Part shown: piece by piece, positions 17,948 through 28,600 of the stretch
Numbering within the stretch: the stretch's first letter is position 1
How the letters are laid out: each line of letters begins with the position of its first letter
Source of the DNA: a virus
IMG/VR virus record: IMGVR_UViG_3300035034_000707
Span: 1-64,000 of that record
Length of the DNA: 64,000 nt
Direction: 5' to 3' (one strand)
Position numbers and translations under genes: made by a program
The notes under the pieces: model-generated
Database searches by the model: none
What the model was told of the DNA's origin: nothing
The model's input: the letters and a program-made list of their open reading frames with translations, nothing else

Positions 17948-18243
17948 TGCAACCCCATCCCTTCCCCGGGGACCCGCCCCTATTTACCTGCCCTCTCAGG
18001 TATTTTAGGGACAACCCTGAGATAGAGGGTCTTGGCTTTTCATTGCATTTGCACTGGTCGCATGGCATCTTGCCTGAAACTGGTGGCTTGCTAGATCAAG
18101 CCGTTGGTTTCCCGGTTCTTATGTCCTCAGTCGAACACGGAATTCAAGAAGGCCGCGCACGCTTACAGGAAGTTGAGCAAAGAAAGGCAGAACGCAGCAG
18201 ATCAACTTCCGGCTCGAATACAGGCCGGGGCAAAAGGCGGTAG
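17848..18243 (+). CDS. tail assembly chaperone gpGT-like extension (-1 frame)
   Basis: Reads LSRAVFGRIIYPDRNCSTC..WGC..MQPHP..TCP..GGLLDQ. Confidence 0.8.
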   Translation, partial: LSRAVFGRIIYPDRNCSTCTRDDRSQWGCNKPVMQPHPFPGDPPLFTCPLRYFRDNPEIEGLGFSLHLHWSHGILPETGGLLDQAVGFPVLMSSVEHGIQEGRARLQEVEQRKAERSRSTSGSNTGRGKRR

Positions 18244-18248
18244 AAATT

Positions 18249-21200
18249 ATGTCTCAAGACATTACGTTTATCCTGAAAGCGAAAAACGAAGCTGCCCGCG
18301 CCACGAAGCAATTTCGCGACGATATGGGTAAGGCCGGGAAGAACACGAAACAGCTTGCCGCCGAAGCGAAGAAAGCCAAGGCTGAAACCAATAAGCTGGG
18401 GGGTATGGCTAAACGCCTGCCCGCCTCTTTCAACAAGACCACCCTAGCAGCTAAGGCCCTCAAGGTTACGATGAAGGGCATCGCTGGCCTTATAGGGGGC
18501 CTAGCCCTTGGCATGTTGTTCCAGAAAGGCATTACCAGCGCCCGGGAATTCAAGGCTTCGCTGGCGGAAGTTGGGACCCTTCTGAAAGGGACGCCCACCC
18601 AGATCAAAGCCCTGACCTCTGCATCTAACGATCTGGTCAAGGTCTTTGGAGGATCACGCGCAGACCAGCTAACGGCGTTCTATCAGGCTATCTCTGCGGG
18701 CGCTTCTGATGTTGGGGCGGCTACTGAGATTGTTGAACAGGCCAACAAGCTGGCTATCGGTGGTGTCACCGAAGTCTCCACAGGGGTCGATATCCTGACC
18801 ACCGTGGTCAATGCCTATGGGAAGGACGTGATTACTGTTCAAGAGGCCTCAGACGCGCTCTTCGTGGGTATGAAGGCCGGTAAGACGACCGTTGGGGAAC
18901 TGTCGGCCCAGCTTGGATCGGTTATCCCCATTGCCAAGGCGGCGGGTGTAGGGTTCGATGAACTTGTAGGCGCTGTCTCCGCACTGACGACACAAGGTCT
19001 TACGACTGCCACCGCAGCCCGTGGTATCAGGGCTGTCCTCTCGGAAGTGATCAAGGCCGGTTCGGATGAAGGATCACGCGCGGCCAAGACCGCCAAGGCC
19101 CTCGGACTGGAATTTAACGCGGCAGCAATCCAAGCAAAAGGTTTGTCTGGGTTCCTAGCCGATGTAGTGGACAAGACAGGTGGCAGCGCCGATGCTATTA
19201 CAGCCCTCTTTGGTTCTGTCGAAGCGGCCACCGTAGCTTTCTCGTTCGCGGGCGGGGCCGGTAGCAAGTTTGCCGACGTTCTGAAAGACCTCGCAGAAAA
19301 GGCCGGGGCCACCGACGAAGCCTATCAGAAGGTCGCAGACAATCTGGATGCCCGGCTCGGGGTAGCGGTGTCCCGTCTGTTGGCCGTGCTGGAAAGGTTT
19401 GGCGCTGTCCTCCTGACCGTGCTGGTCCCGGCAGTCGAAAAATTCGCCAGTGCTCTGGAATTCCTTGAAGACAATATCGACATGATAATCATTATTATCA
19501 GCGTCCTTGCAATCAAGACGATCCCCCTTCTCTTCCGAATTATGGTCAACCTTCTGGGGGTCATTGGTCAGTTTACCGGCGCGGCGGCGCTATTTACTGG
19601 GTTCGGTGCCTCAGTCGCAGCGGCTATGGCCGTAGCCCGCACGGCTTTCTTGGTATTCTATAGCACGTTGGCCTCAGGTCAGGGGATCATGGCTGCGTCT
19701 CGGGCTGGGATACTCACACTCACGGCCTCCTATGCCGGGGCCGGGGTGGCGGTAAAAGCGTTTAGCCTTGCTCTCCGGGCCATCCCGGTTGTCGCAGCGG
19801 TAGCGGCTATCGCCAGCCTGTTGACGATTATGAAGGACGTAAAGGGGTCCTTGGGTGCCGCTCAGGACGCGCTATCGGACTATGTGAACTCATCGAAGGA
19901 AAGCGATATTGCGCTGAACCTCTTCAATGAGCAGAAGACACAAGCTAATCTGGACGCCTTTAAGGCCACGCTGGAAACAAACAAGAACGATATCATCAAT
20001 CTGATCGAAACGACCCGCGCCGTGCTTGAGGCTCAACAGGTTATGGGTATCAACATCGGAAGCGCGAAGGCCGTCGCAAGTCTTGAGGCAAGCCTAGCTA
20101 CGCTGGAAGGTCAGCTTGGGGCTAATGCCGCAGCTTTCGAGCGGGCGGCGGTGGCTCAGGCCGCACTTACGGAACAGGATAAGATAGGCCTGACGACCAC
20201 GCGGGAACAGGTTCAGGCCCAGCGGGAAGTCTTCGAAGGTATCAGTCAGCAGGGAGTGCCCTCTCTTGCCACGCTCCGGGAAACCTACGGGGACTTGGCC
20301 GAAGGCATCCGAGACAACATCACCCTGTCCAACGAATTTGCGGCGGTTCAGGCTCAACTCAGCTTCGCCAATAGGATTGCAGAGATATCGACCCTGCTCG
20401 ATACCCTTAATCTTTCAAACCTTGAACTGCTCGAATACAACGACCGCCTTCTTGCCATACAGCAGAATGGGTCGATGGCTGAACAGGCGGTTGCGGCGGG
20501 CGAACTTGCGCGGGAAATTATCGAAGCCAACGGGGGTATGGACAAACTCAACGATGAGACGCTCAAGGTCGTTGGTCAACTGCTGGCTGCTGCAAACGAA
20601 GCGGCCTCAGTGGCAGCGAACTCTTCCAGCGCCTCGGGGGCTATCGCGGGCGCGGCGAACAATGCGGCCAGCCTAGCCAACAACATGGCAGCGGCGGCAA
20701 ACGCTGCGATAGCTTTTGTGTCCAATCTGGGCGCGGGGGTGGCGGCGGCGAATAGCCAACTGGCCGGGGCTAAAGCTGCAATAAGCGCGGCGCAGAGTGG
20801 GGGGACCAAGGGGGATGTGGCCATTGCCCGCAGGGAGGCTGAGGTACGATCCTCCCCCGACTTTCAGAAGAGCCTCACAGGACCTCAGGGCTTACAGGAC
20901 CTCGCCAAAAACAATCTGGCAAAGGAATTGGAAGCCGTTGGAATTGCCGCCGAAGCTGCGGAACTGAACGCCAAAGCCCTCAAGGTTACAACCGATGCTC
21001 TCCTTTCGGGTGGAAGTAGTGGTAGCAGCGGTGCCAGCGGGGGGGCTAGCGGGGGTTCCTCGGGCGGTACACAAACCGCGTCCGAAGACGGGGCCTCTGG
21101 CGGCGATAGCGCCTTGGGCAAGGCCATATCCAGCATCACGGGGAAATACCGTGAAATGGCTGAGACGGCGGGTATGACGGCCAAGGAGATTGAAAACTAC

Positions 21201-21878
21201 CGCATCCAGCAGGAACTCCTACAAGCGGCGCAACAGGATGGTGTGGCCCTATCCCCCGAAATCGTGGCCTCTGTGCTGGCCCAGAAGGATGCGTTCGAAC
21301 AAGCGGCGCTATCCGCTCAGACATTTGCGGCTGGGGCGAAGCAGGGTTTCCAAGACTTTGCAGATAGCGTTCAGACGAACATGGAGTTTGCGCGGGACTT
21401 TACCCAAAGCGCCTTCCAAGGGCTGTCCGGTGTAATCTCCGACTTTGTAATGACTGGCAAGGCGGACTTTGTTGGCTTGTTCAAAGACCTCCTTGGGCAG
21501 ATATCAAAATTCCTCGCCAACCAATTGGTTATGCAACTCTTCGGCGGCGGCAAGGGTGGCGGTGGCCTCTTTGGCGGCGGTGGTGGTGGTGGCGGCTTCC
21601 TGAGCGGCCTCTTTGGGGGCTTCCTTGCAGAGGGCGGACCCGCGCAAGCAGGCAAACCTTACATCGTAGGGGAAGAGGGGCCAGAGTGGTTCGTGCCTAA
21701 ACAGTCGGGGACGGTTGTACCCAATGGGCAGCAACCTGACTTCGCTGGCAACCGTGAGCCGATAAATGTAAACTTCAACATCACGACCCCGGATGCGGAC
21801 AGTTTCCGCCGCTCTCAAGGTCAGATCAAAGCGAACATGAGCCGGGTGCTGTCTGACGCTGATCGCCGCAATAACTAA
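18249..21878 (+). CDS. tail tape measure protein
   Basis: 1209 aa, Ala-rich; TP901-type core; C-terminal AEGGP..YIVGEEGPE. Confidence 0.95.
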   Translation: MSQDITFILKAKNEAARATKQFRDDMGKAGKNTKQLAAEAKKAKAETNKLGGMAKRLPASFNKTTLAAKALKVTMKGIAGLIGGLALGMLFQKGITSAREFKASLAEVGTLLKGTPTQIKALTSASNDLVKVFGGSRADQLTAFYQAISAGASDVGAATEIVEQANKLAIGGVTEVSTGVDILTTVVNAYGKDVITVQEASDALFVGMKAGKTTVGELSAQLGSVIPIAKAAGVGFDELVGAVSALTTQGLTTATAARGIRAVLSEVIKAGSDEGSRAAKTAKALGLEFNAAAIQAKGLSGFLADVVDKTGGSADAITALFGSVEAATVAFSFAGGAGSKFADVLKDLAEKAGATDEAYQKVADNLDARLGVAVSRLLAVLERFGAVLLTVLVPAVEKFASALEFLEDNIDMIIIIISVLAIKTIPLLFRIMVNLLGVIGQFTGAAALFTGFGASVAAAMAVARTAFLVFYSTLASGQGIMAASRAGILTLTASYAGAGVAVKAFSLALRAIPVVAAVAAIASLLTIMKDVKGSLGAAQDALSDYVNSSKESDIALNLFNEQKTQANLDAFKATLETNKNDIINLIETTRAVLEAQQVMGINIGSAKAVASLEASLATLEGQLGANAAAFERAAVAQAALTEQDKIGLTTTREQVQAQREVFEGISQQGVPSLATLRETYGDLAEGIRDNITLSNEFAAVQAQLSFANRIAEISTLLDTLNLSNLELLEYNDRLLAIQQNGSMAEQAVAAGELAREIIEANGGMDKLNDETLKVVGQLLAAANEAASVAANSSSASGAIAGAANNAASLANNMAAAANAAIAFVSNLGAGVAAANSQLAGAKAAISAAQSGGTKGDVAIARREAEVRSSPDFQKSLTGPQGLQDLAKNNLAKELEAVGIAAEAAELNAKALKVTTDALLSGGSSGSSGASGGASGGSSGGTQTASEDGASGGDSALGKAISSITGKYREMAETAGMTAKEIENYRIQQELLQAAQQDGVALSPEIVASVLAQKDAFEQAALSAQTFAAGAKQGFQDFADSVQTNMEFARDFTQSAFQGLSGVISDFVMTGKADFVGLFKDLLGQISKFLANQLVMQLFGGGKGGGGLFGGGGGGGGFLSGLFGGFLAEGGPAQAGKPYIVGEEGPEWFVPKQSGTVVPNGQQPDFAGNREPINVNFNITTPDADSFRRSQGQIKANMSRVLSDADRRNN

Positions 21879-21888
21879 GGGACTTCCA

Positions 21889-22533
21889 ATGGCTTTCCAT
21901 GAAGTGAGACTTCCAACTGATGTAGAGCGCAACGCCTCTGGTGGGCCGGGCTTTCTGACCAGCGTAAGCGTTCTTCAATCGGGCAAGGAACAGCGTAATT
22001 CTCTCTGGGAAGTGGACCGTGGGAATTGGGATATTGGCTACGGTATTCAAACCCGGGACCAAGCCCTGATCGTCAGGGACTTTTTCTATGCTCGACGCGG
22101 GCGGCTTTATGGGTTCCGGTTTCGGGACTGGTCGAACTACCGCACCGAAGGCACGGCCAAGGCCCCGGCAGGTCTTGCGTCAGAGACCACGGGAGAACCC
22201 GCCGAAGCAGACGGCATCGGCACCGTCTTTCAGCTTTACTACCGCTACACAGACAGCGGGGCCTATGGCTACACGAAGAAAATCTTCAAGCCGGTGGCAG
22301 GGACGATCAACGTCTATATCGAAGGCGCTCTCGTGGACCCCGGGGATTACTCTCTGAATACGACGAATGGGCAGATCACCTTTGACGTTGCGCCAGAGTA
22401 TAACTCAGACGTTGAATGGTCTGGTCAATTCGATCTACCTGTCCGGTTCGACACTGACCGCTTGGACATGGTAGTCACGACCGTAGAAGTCATATCTCAA
22501 CCCTCTATCCAACTCGTGGAACTCAAACTCTAG
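21889..22533 (+). CDS. distal tail protein (DUF2460, GTA g12-like)
   Basis: MAFHEVRLP, SGKEQRN..W, FF.ARRG...GFRFRDW, FD.PVRFDTD. Confidence 0.92.
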   Translation: MAFHEVRLPTDVERNASGGPGFLTSVSVLQSGKEQRNSLWEVDRGNWDIGYGIQTRDQALIVRDFFYARRGRLYGFRFRDWSNYRTEGTAKAPAGLASETTGEPAEADGIGTVFQLYYRYTDSGAYGYTKKIFKPVAGTINVYIEGALVDPGDYSLNTTNGQITFDVAPEYNSDVEWSGQFDLPVRFDTDRLDMVVTTVEVISQPSIQLVELKL

Positions 22534-22542
22534 GATTGCCCC

Positions 22543-23637
22543 ATGCCGTTGACGCTGCCCCCTTCCCTTGTGGCTCACTTGCAAGACGACTCACTGACCC
22601 TCGCTACTTTGTGGCAGATCATTCGTGTGGACGGGTTAGAGTATTTCTATACCGATCACGATATGGATATCACCTTTGACGGGCAGATTTACAAAGCCGG
22701 AGTGGGCTATGACCGTTCCGCCATTGAGGACAAGGGCGACCTCTCCCCTGACAACCTTGATATTCAGGGTATCCTGTCCAGCACTGAAATTAGCCGTGAG
22801 GATATCCGGGCCGGTATGTTCGACGGCGCAGAAGTCTGGATCAGGATTGTGAACTGGAACAACCCGGACGGGGGCGCGGTTATCCGGCGACGCGGTTGGC
22901 TTGGGGAAGTCAAGCAGAACAATCTCGGGCAGTTTGATACCGAACTCCGGGGACTGTCAGAAGCCCTCTCTGAGCGGCTATCCCGCGTCTACACGCCCGG
23001 GTGCGTGGCGGACCTAGGTTCCATGCCCGGGGACCGTGCGACGGCAATCTGCGGGCGCTCTATGACCCCGGGTATTCGCGTAGAAGCCCAATACTATGAG
23101 GCCGGTCAAGAAATGACAATTCCGGGGATAAACGATCTGGTGTTCCGGGCCAGCCTAAATGCCCCCACCGGGACCAATCCCTATGATGATGATTTTGATT
23201 ATGCCAATATCGGGGACGTAATTGAGGACGGGGATCAACGATGGGTGGCCTATGAGCCGTGGCGGTTAGAGGCTACCGTGCAGCTTTTCCCAACACCGGA
23301 CCGTCGCGTCTTTGCGATTGATCTTGTTAGCACCCGGCTGGACGCAGACCCCCGGCACTTTGACGGCGGCTTGATTACCTTCCTTACGGGGGACAACGCG
23401 GGCTATAGCCGAGAACTGAAATACGTTGATCAAGATAGTGTCCTTGTATCAGAATGTTTCCTCTATCTCAGGATGCCGTTCGACGTGAACCCCGGTGATC
23501 GGGTTGCAGTCTACCCGGGGTGCAATAAGACTATCACTGCCTGCCATACCAAATTCGACAATAGCATAAACTTCAAAGGCTTCCCCCATGTGCCGGGTGA
23601 TAGCTACCTTTCAAATTACCCGGATGCCAAACGATGA
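22543..23637 (+). CDS. baseplate hub (DUF2163/BR0599, GTA g13-like)
   Basis: TDHD.DI.FDG, G.FDGAEV, C.ADLG, GCNK...C..KF.N..NF.GFPHVPG. Confidence 0.92.
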   Translation: MPLTLPPSLVAHLQDDSLTLATLWQIIRVDGLEYFYTDHDMDITFDGQIYKAGVGYDRSAIEDKGDLSPDNLDIQGILSSTEISREDIRAGMFDGAEVWIRIVNWNNPDGGAVIRRRGWLGEVKQNNLGQFDTELRGLSEALSERLSRVYTPGCVADLGSMPGDRATAICGRSMTPGIRVEAQYYEAGQEMTIPGINDLVFRASLNAPTGTNPYDDDFDYANIGDVIEDGDQRWVAYEPWRLEATVQLFPTPDRRVFAIDLVSTRLDADPRHFDGGLITFLTGDNAGYSRELKYVDQDSVLVSECFLYLRMPFDVNPGDRVAVYPGCNKTITACHTKFDNSINFKGFPHVPGDSYLSNYPDAKR

Positions 23638-24113
23638 TGAGCAAGAAGCCGTACACGGGGCCTAGGAAGGGCGAACCGCCCATAGGGGGTGTTACGCGCT
23701 CAGATATCGTTGCCTGCGCTCAGGGCTACGTAGGGACGCCGTGGCGGCATATGGGGAACGATGGGCGCGGGGTAGACTGCGTGGGCCTTCTGGTTGCTAT
23801 TTGGCGTGATCTTAGGTTCACTCCTAAACCGGTAATACCCCCTTATCGCCGTGAGCCTGATGGGTCCCTGCTGGAATACTTTCACGAATACATGATCCCT
23901 ATTCCTGTCCATAAACTCAAAGTCGGAAGCGCTCTTATCTTTGCTTATCAGGGGTCGCCCTATCATGTAGGCGTTGTGGTAGACCCGGACCGGCGCAGCA
24001 TGATACATGCCTATGCCCGGACCCGGAAAGTGGTGTTTGATATCATCGACCACGGACAGGAAACGCGCAGGCTCATTTGCGCATGGGATTACCCGGGGGT
24101 GACAGATGGCTGA
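23634..24113 (+). CDS. NlpC/P60 tail-associated peptidase (GTA g14-like)
   Basis: GTPWRH.G..GVDCVGL, HVGV, IHAY. Confidence 0.9.
   Translation: MMSKKPYTGPRKGEPPIGGVTRSDIVACAQGYVGTPWRHMGNDGRGVDCVGLLVAIWRDLRFTPKPVIPPYRREPDGSLLEYFHEYMIPIPVHKLKVGSALIFAYQGSPYHVGVVVDPDRRSMIHAYARTRKVVFDIIDHGQETRRLICAWDYPGVTDG
23806..23821. repeat. 16-bp site GTGATCTTAGGTTCAC
   Basis: Intragenic (NlpC/P60). Confidence 0.75.
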
Positions 24114-27100
24114 TCCAGTAAGCATTGCTATCAATATTGCGCTTCAAGCCGCTATCGGTCTGATTATGGCGGTACTCACTCCCAAGATACGGGAAGAGGG
24201 GCCACGACTGGACGACCGGCAGGTAACAACGTCTACCTATGGCGAAGAGATATCGCTGGGGTATGGCACCGTTCTGGTCGCGGGCAACATTATCTGGGGC
24301 AAGGATATCGAAGAGGCTACTCTGGTCGAAGACATAGGCAAGGGTGGCCTTATGTCTAAAGGCTCGGTGACCAGCTATGAGTACTTCGCCACTTTCGCCC
24401 TCGCATTTTCCCGGCGTGAAATCAAGGACGTGTTGCGCATCTACGCAGACGGAAAGCTGATCTACGACAAGACGGATGATGATACCCCCCGCGCCGATGT
24501 TATGAGTGGTCTGGACTTCACGCTCTACAAAGGGACCATGACCCAAGAGCGTGACCCCTTGATCGAAGCGGACGTGGGGACGGGTAACTGCCCAGCCTTC
24601 CGAGGCATCGCGTACATAGTGTTCAACCGCCTCCCCCTTCAAAACTTCGGGCGGCGCATTCCCTCTATTCGCGTGGTCATGGCCTTTACAAGTGGCGAAT
24701 TAGGCCAGCCCTCTTATGCGTTTGAAGACCTTTTGCGGGGGCAGACCTTTTCCAGCAACGACTTGGACCCGGTTAGGCGCGTGATGATCAGTCACGCCCG
24801 AGATATAGCGTCTGATGATTACCACCACATGCTCCATGAGTACGACACGGGGAAGCTACTCTATAAGCGCCGCTTCTCTGATCTGAACGATGATATCGTG
24901 GCTATGGGGGGTCCCGCCGGATTTTTCAGTAATACTGGCGGCAGCGCTCAGTTTTCTGAGGGTCTAAAGGCCGGGGGTGCCTGCCCCTACTATATCTGCA
25001 AAAACAGGCAAGGCAGCTCTGCGCGGTTCGCTCTGATTGAAAAGGATACGCTGCGCGTTATTGATTGGACATCTAGGGCCGCGAACATATTTGACAGGTA
25101 TGCCAACACCGAAGCCCACCCGACTACCGGAGTGGACACGGGACACCCCTATGTGGACGGCACCGCCAACTTCGAAATCGTAGAAGTCGTTGGCCTATTC
25201 GGTCTCGAATACTTTGCTGTATTTTTGGGGAGTGGTATCTCCGGAGCCTATGAGGCGGGTGGCCTAGCCATATGCCAAATTACCAGTTCAGGGTTTTCAT
25301 GGATATGGGGTTCTGGAACGGGGCGAAACCAGCTTGGTAGCTTGGTAGCCTCGGGTGCCTACCGAGGCTCTATTGCAGCGGGAACTCAGCGCGGTGAATT
25401 CCGGGATATCTATGTGTCTTGCATAGAGGGGCAGGTTAATTCCGGCCTAGCGCGGGGACCTTACCATATATTCAATATACGTCTGAGCGCAGCGGGGGAC
25501 TATATCTTGCCGCAAGGTAATAACGCGCCCCTGAGTGGCTATGCCTTTGAACCGTTCATTACTATCCCAGAACAGACGGAAGCCGGGGGTGGGACTCATC
25601 AGCTATGGTTTAACATCAGGACTGGGGTACTGGTATGGTCTATCTCGGACGCTGACGAATTTAGAACCCGGGGCTATAATACACTGGCCTTGGTGGGGGA
25701 CCCGGCTACCCCGGCACAGCTATGGGAACGGGATGTCTCTATCTTTTCTCCGGGGTCTACTCAGCACTATCCGTACACCCGCAATCAGATCACCGACTTT
25801 GAACGGGCTACCCGCACAATAACGACCTATGACATGGACACTGGGGAAACCGTTGATCAGTTCTCTACGAGGTCCGAAGACTACCCTGCGGGGGATGGTA
25901 TCACGTGGCCTGCTACGGTTGATAACAGCGTGTATTACTTCCCGGAAGGCAGGCATCAGGTAGACCCCCGCTACGGTGTCTTCTATGCCACCCCTCCTAC
26001 CACTCGTGGCGCAGAAAGGCTTGACCGGGTAGTCTTGGACATCGTGACCCGGGGTAGACTGCTAGCCGATGATATAGACGTTACCGGCCTCGAAACTAAA
26101 GAGGTGCGGGGCTACCTTATCGCGCGGGGTATAGACTACCGAACGATCCTTGAGCCACTTATGTCAGGCTATAACTTCTATGGGGTAGAGAAAAACGGCA
26201 AGCTGGTATTTGACTTCCATACAAATGTTCCGGATGTGACTATCCCGGAAGATGATCTTCTACGATCCGGTTATGAAAACGTGCTTGAAGAGGCCCGGGG
26301 GCAAGAACTCGAAACACCCCGGGCGCTCTATCTGGCGCACCGCGACCCGAACCAAGATGATAACAAAATGGTGCAGGGTGCTCGGCGGACCTCTTTTCCA
26401 GATGAAACGATGAACTCTGTGGGGGAACAGACGGTTGAACTCCCACTCTACCTTACCGTGGAAGAGGGCGCGCGGGTCGTTGAGCGCATTTTGTTTGAGT
26501 CTTGGATACAGCGTGAGACGTTGAAATTCCGCCTGCCCCCGCGCTATCTGGGTATCTTGCCCAATGATATCCTGACTGTTACAGCGGAAGGCCGCACGGA
26601 AGCTATTCGGGCAAATAGAGTGAGTATCGGTTCCAACCTAGAATTGGAAATTGAAGGCAACCTTGTCGAAAACCACATCTATACCCAGAGGGTTCAGGGC
26701 GTTCTTGCTTCGGGTTCTCCCAATTTTATACATGGTGGGAACACGGCCAATACTGCCGACAGGGTTACGGGCTGGTTGATGGATATGCCCCTTCTGCGTG
26801 ACTATGACCTCCCTGACCGCACCCGGGGTCTGGTCTACTTCTCCGCAGGAGTAGGGGCTACTGACCGGGGGCTATTCCCGGGCGCGGCGCTCTACACCAG
26901 CTATGATGGTTCCAGCTTTGACGGCAGGTCCGCCGCTTCTGTGGGTTCTCCTTGGGGTCTGACGCGGGGACAAGTACCTAACTCCCCCGGGATAGACTGG
27001 AACGGGGTTCAGGAGGTTTCCATTGAAGTATCCATCTTTGCCGGGGAAGACCGTATGGCCTCGGTGCTAACGGCGGACATGATAGGGAACGATGCCAATA

Positions 27101-27774
27101 CCGCCGTCCTGCTTAAACCCAATGGGGAAGCTGAAATCATTGGCTTCCGAGACGTGACCTATCTGACTGGGAATACCTACCGTCTGACGGGCCTAATGAG
27201 GGGCAAGAGGGGGACAAACAGCGCAGCGGTAGGTTACCCCCTATCAGGCTTGGTTTCCTTTATCCTGATGGACCCTCTATGGGTTACCGGCTTCTATGAA
27301 AGTCTCGCCCGGGATGAACAGACGATGGGTTACAGGGTTATAGCGGCAAACGCGGGGCAGACCTTCTCTCAAGAAAAAAGCCAGCTTATCAAACTGAAAA
27401 CGCTTATGCCCTACGAACCGGCTCATGTTAGAGTGGAGGCTATTGCGGGCGCGCATAGGATTAGCTGGACCCGGCGGACCCGACAGGCAGGCGCGCTTCG
27501 ATCCGGGGTAGCCACGGTTGCTATCAGCGAAGATGCCGAACTCTACGAACTGGAAATCTATGGGTTCTTTGACGCTTCGGCTGAAGAAGAATTCGGGGTA
27601 GTCCGCACGGTTACCGGTCTGACGACGCCTACCTTTGACTATACCGATGCCATGCTGCTGGACGACTTCTTTTCTTCATCGCTACCTGAACCTCTTTTTG
27701 TTAAGGTGTACCAGATATCAGCCCAAGTAGGGCGCGGGTTCAGCACCCGGCGTGCCCTTTATGTAGAGGACTAA
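24106..27774 (+). CDS. central tail tip/host-specificity protein (GTA g15-like)
   Basis: STYG..YGT...AGNIIW, PAFRG.AY.VF..LPL..FG.RIP, RG.RGT, W.RRTR, YQISA.VGRG. Confidence 0.9.
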   Translation: MADPVSIAINIALQAAIGLIMAVLTPKIREEGPRLDDRQVTTSTYGEEISLGYGTVLVAGNIIWGKDIEEATLVEDIGKGGLMSKGSVTSYEYFATFALAFSRREIKDVLRIYADGKLIYDKTDDDTPRADVMSGLDFTLYKGTMTQERDPLIEADVGTGNCPAFRGIAYIVFNRLPLQNFGRRIPSIRVVMAFTSGELGQPSYAFEDLLRGQTFSSNDLDPVRRVMISHARDIASDDYHHMLHEYDTGKLLYKRRFSDLNDDIVAMGGPAGFFSNTGGSAQFSEGLKAGGACPYYICKNRQGSSARFALIEKDTLRVIDWTSRAANIFDRYANTEAHPTTGVDTGHPYVDGTANFEIVEVVGLFGLEYFAVFLGSGISGAYEAGGLAICQITSSGFSWIWGSGTGRNQLGSLVASGAYRGSIAAGTQRGEFRDIYVSCIEGQVNSGLARGPYHIFNIRLSAAGDYILPQGNNAPLSGYAFEPFITIPEQTEAGGGTHQLWFNIRTGVLVWSISDADEFRTRGYNTLALVGDPATPAQLWERDVSIFSPGSTQHYPYTRNQITDFERATRTITTYDMDTGETVDQFSTRSEDYPAGDGITWPATVDNSVYYFPEGRHQVDPRYGVFYATPPTTRGAERLDRVVLDIVTRGRLLADDIDVTGLETKEVRGYLIARGIDYRTILEPLMSGYNFYGVEKNGKLVFDFHTNVPDVTIPEDDLLRSGYENVLEEARGQELETPRALYLAHRDPNQDDNKMVQGARRTSFPDETMNSVGEQTVELPLYLTVEEGARVVERILFESWIQRETLKFRLPPRYLGILPNDILTVTAEGRTEAIRANRVSIGSNLELEIEGNLVENHIYTQRVQGVLASGSPNFIHGGNTANTADRVTGWLMDMPLLRDYDLPDRTRGLVYFSAGVGATDRGLFPGAALYTSYDGSSFDGRSAASVGSPWGLTRGQVPNSPGIDWNGVQEVSIEVSIFAGEDRMASVLTADMIGNDANTAVLLKPNGEAEIIGFRDVTYLTGNTYRLTGLMRGKRGTNSAAVGYPLSGLVSFILMDPLWVTGFYESLARDEQTMGYRVIAANAGQTFSQEKSQLIKLKTLMPYEPAHVRVEAIAGAHRISWTRRTRQAGALRSGVATVAISEDAELYELEIYGFFDASAEEEFGVVRTVTGLTTPTFDYTDAMLLDDFFSSSLPEPLFVKVYQISAQVGRGFSTRRALYVED

Positions 27775-27778
27775 CCCA

Positions 27779-28600
27779 ATGGCAACAGGCCAACTCAATA
27801 TAGCACACGTTGTCGGTTCCCAGAACAATAAGGAAACGACGATCAACGCCGGGCTTGATGCTCTTGATAACGCCATGAACAAGGTGAGTGTCCTTACGAT
27901 CACCGGAAACCGTACCTTGACGGCCTCGGAACTCCGGGGCGCGGGGATATTTGAATTGACCGGGACGCCTAGCGAATTCACTCTGACAATCCCACCCAGC
28001 ATTGACCGTACCTTTATCATAGCCAACCTGACCGGCGCGTCGTGTTTGATTAAAACCAGCGGGTCCGCCGAACCGGCTATTGTACTGGCTACTTCGACGA
28101 TAGGCAGTCTCTACTCGGATGGAACTGATACCAAGACGGTCGCCAGCGGTGGGGGTGGCGGCGCGGTTTCTGTATCTGTCGATGGCTCGCTTCTTCTGGC
28201 TGAAACCACCGGATTTAATTTCTTGGGCGGAACTGTTTTTGAGAATAGCGATGGCAGTGTCGCTATCGACCTGAGCGGTACCGGTGGGACCTCAACCACA
28301 CAATCGGTTGAAGCGGCCTCGCGTGATATAGACAACTCCGATCTGATTGGGGGCGTCATTCTTAAAGCATCCTCCGGCGGGGCTGTAGTCTTCACGGTCC
28401 CTTCTGGGCTGACAGGTATTGAACCTGTGACAGTAATCCGTATTGGGGCCGGTGCGGTTTCTTTCGCTGCGGAAAGCGGTGTAGCTATCCTGTCAGCTAA
28501 TGGTGACCTTACGCTGTCTGCTCGGTATTCGGCGGTAACCCTCATACCCGATCTAAACACCGATGATACCTTCTATCTGATAGGGGATATAACGACATGA
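27779..28600 (+). CDS. tail fibre/adaptor protein (DUF2793-like N-terminus)
   Basis: SQNNKETTINAGLDALD; Gly/Thr-rich beta repeats. Confidence 0.7.
   Translation: MATGQLNIAHVVGSQNNKETTINAGLDALDNAMNKVSVLTITGNRTLTASELRGAGIFELTGTPSEFTLTIPPSIDRTFIIANLTGASCLIKTSGSAEPAIVLATSTIGSLYSDGTDTKTVASGGGGGAVSVSVDGSLLLAETTGFNFLGGTVFENSDGSVAIDLSGTGGTSTTQSVEAASRDIDNSDLIGGVILKASSGGAVVFTVPSGLTGIEPVTVIRIGAGAVSFAAESGVAILSANGDLTLSARYSAVTLIPDLNTDDTFYLIGDITT

Noticed and set aside
21540-21625. GGC/GGT repeats near the end of the tape measure gene
   Set aside because: They encode an ordinary Gly-rich linker typical of tape measure C-termini.
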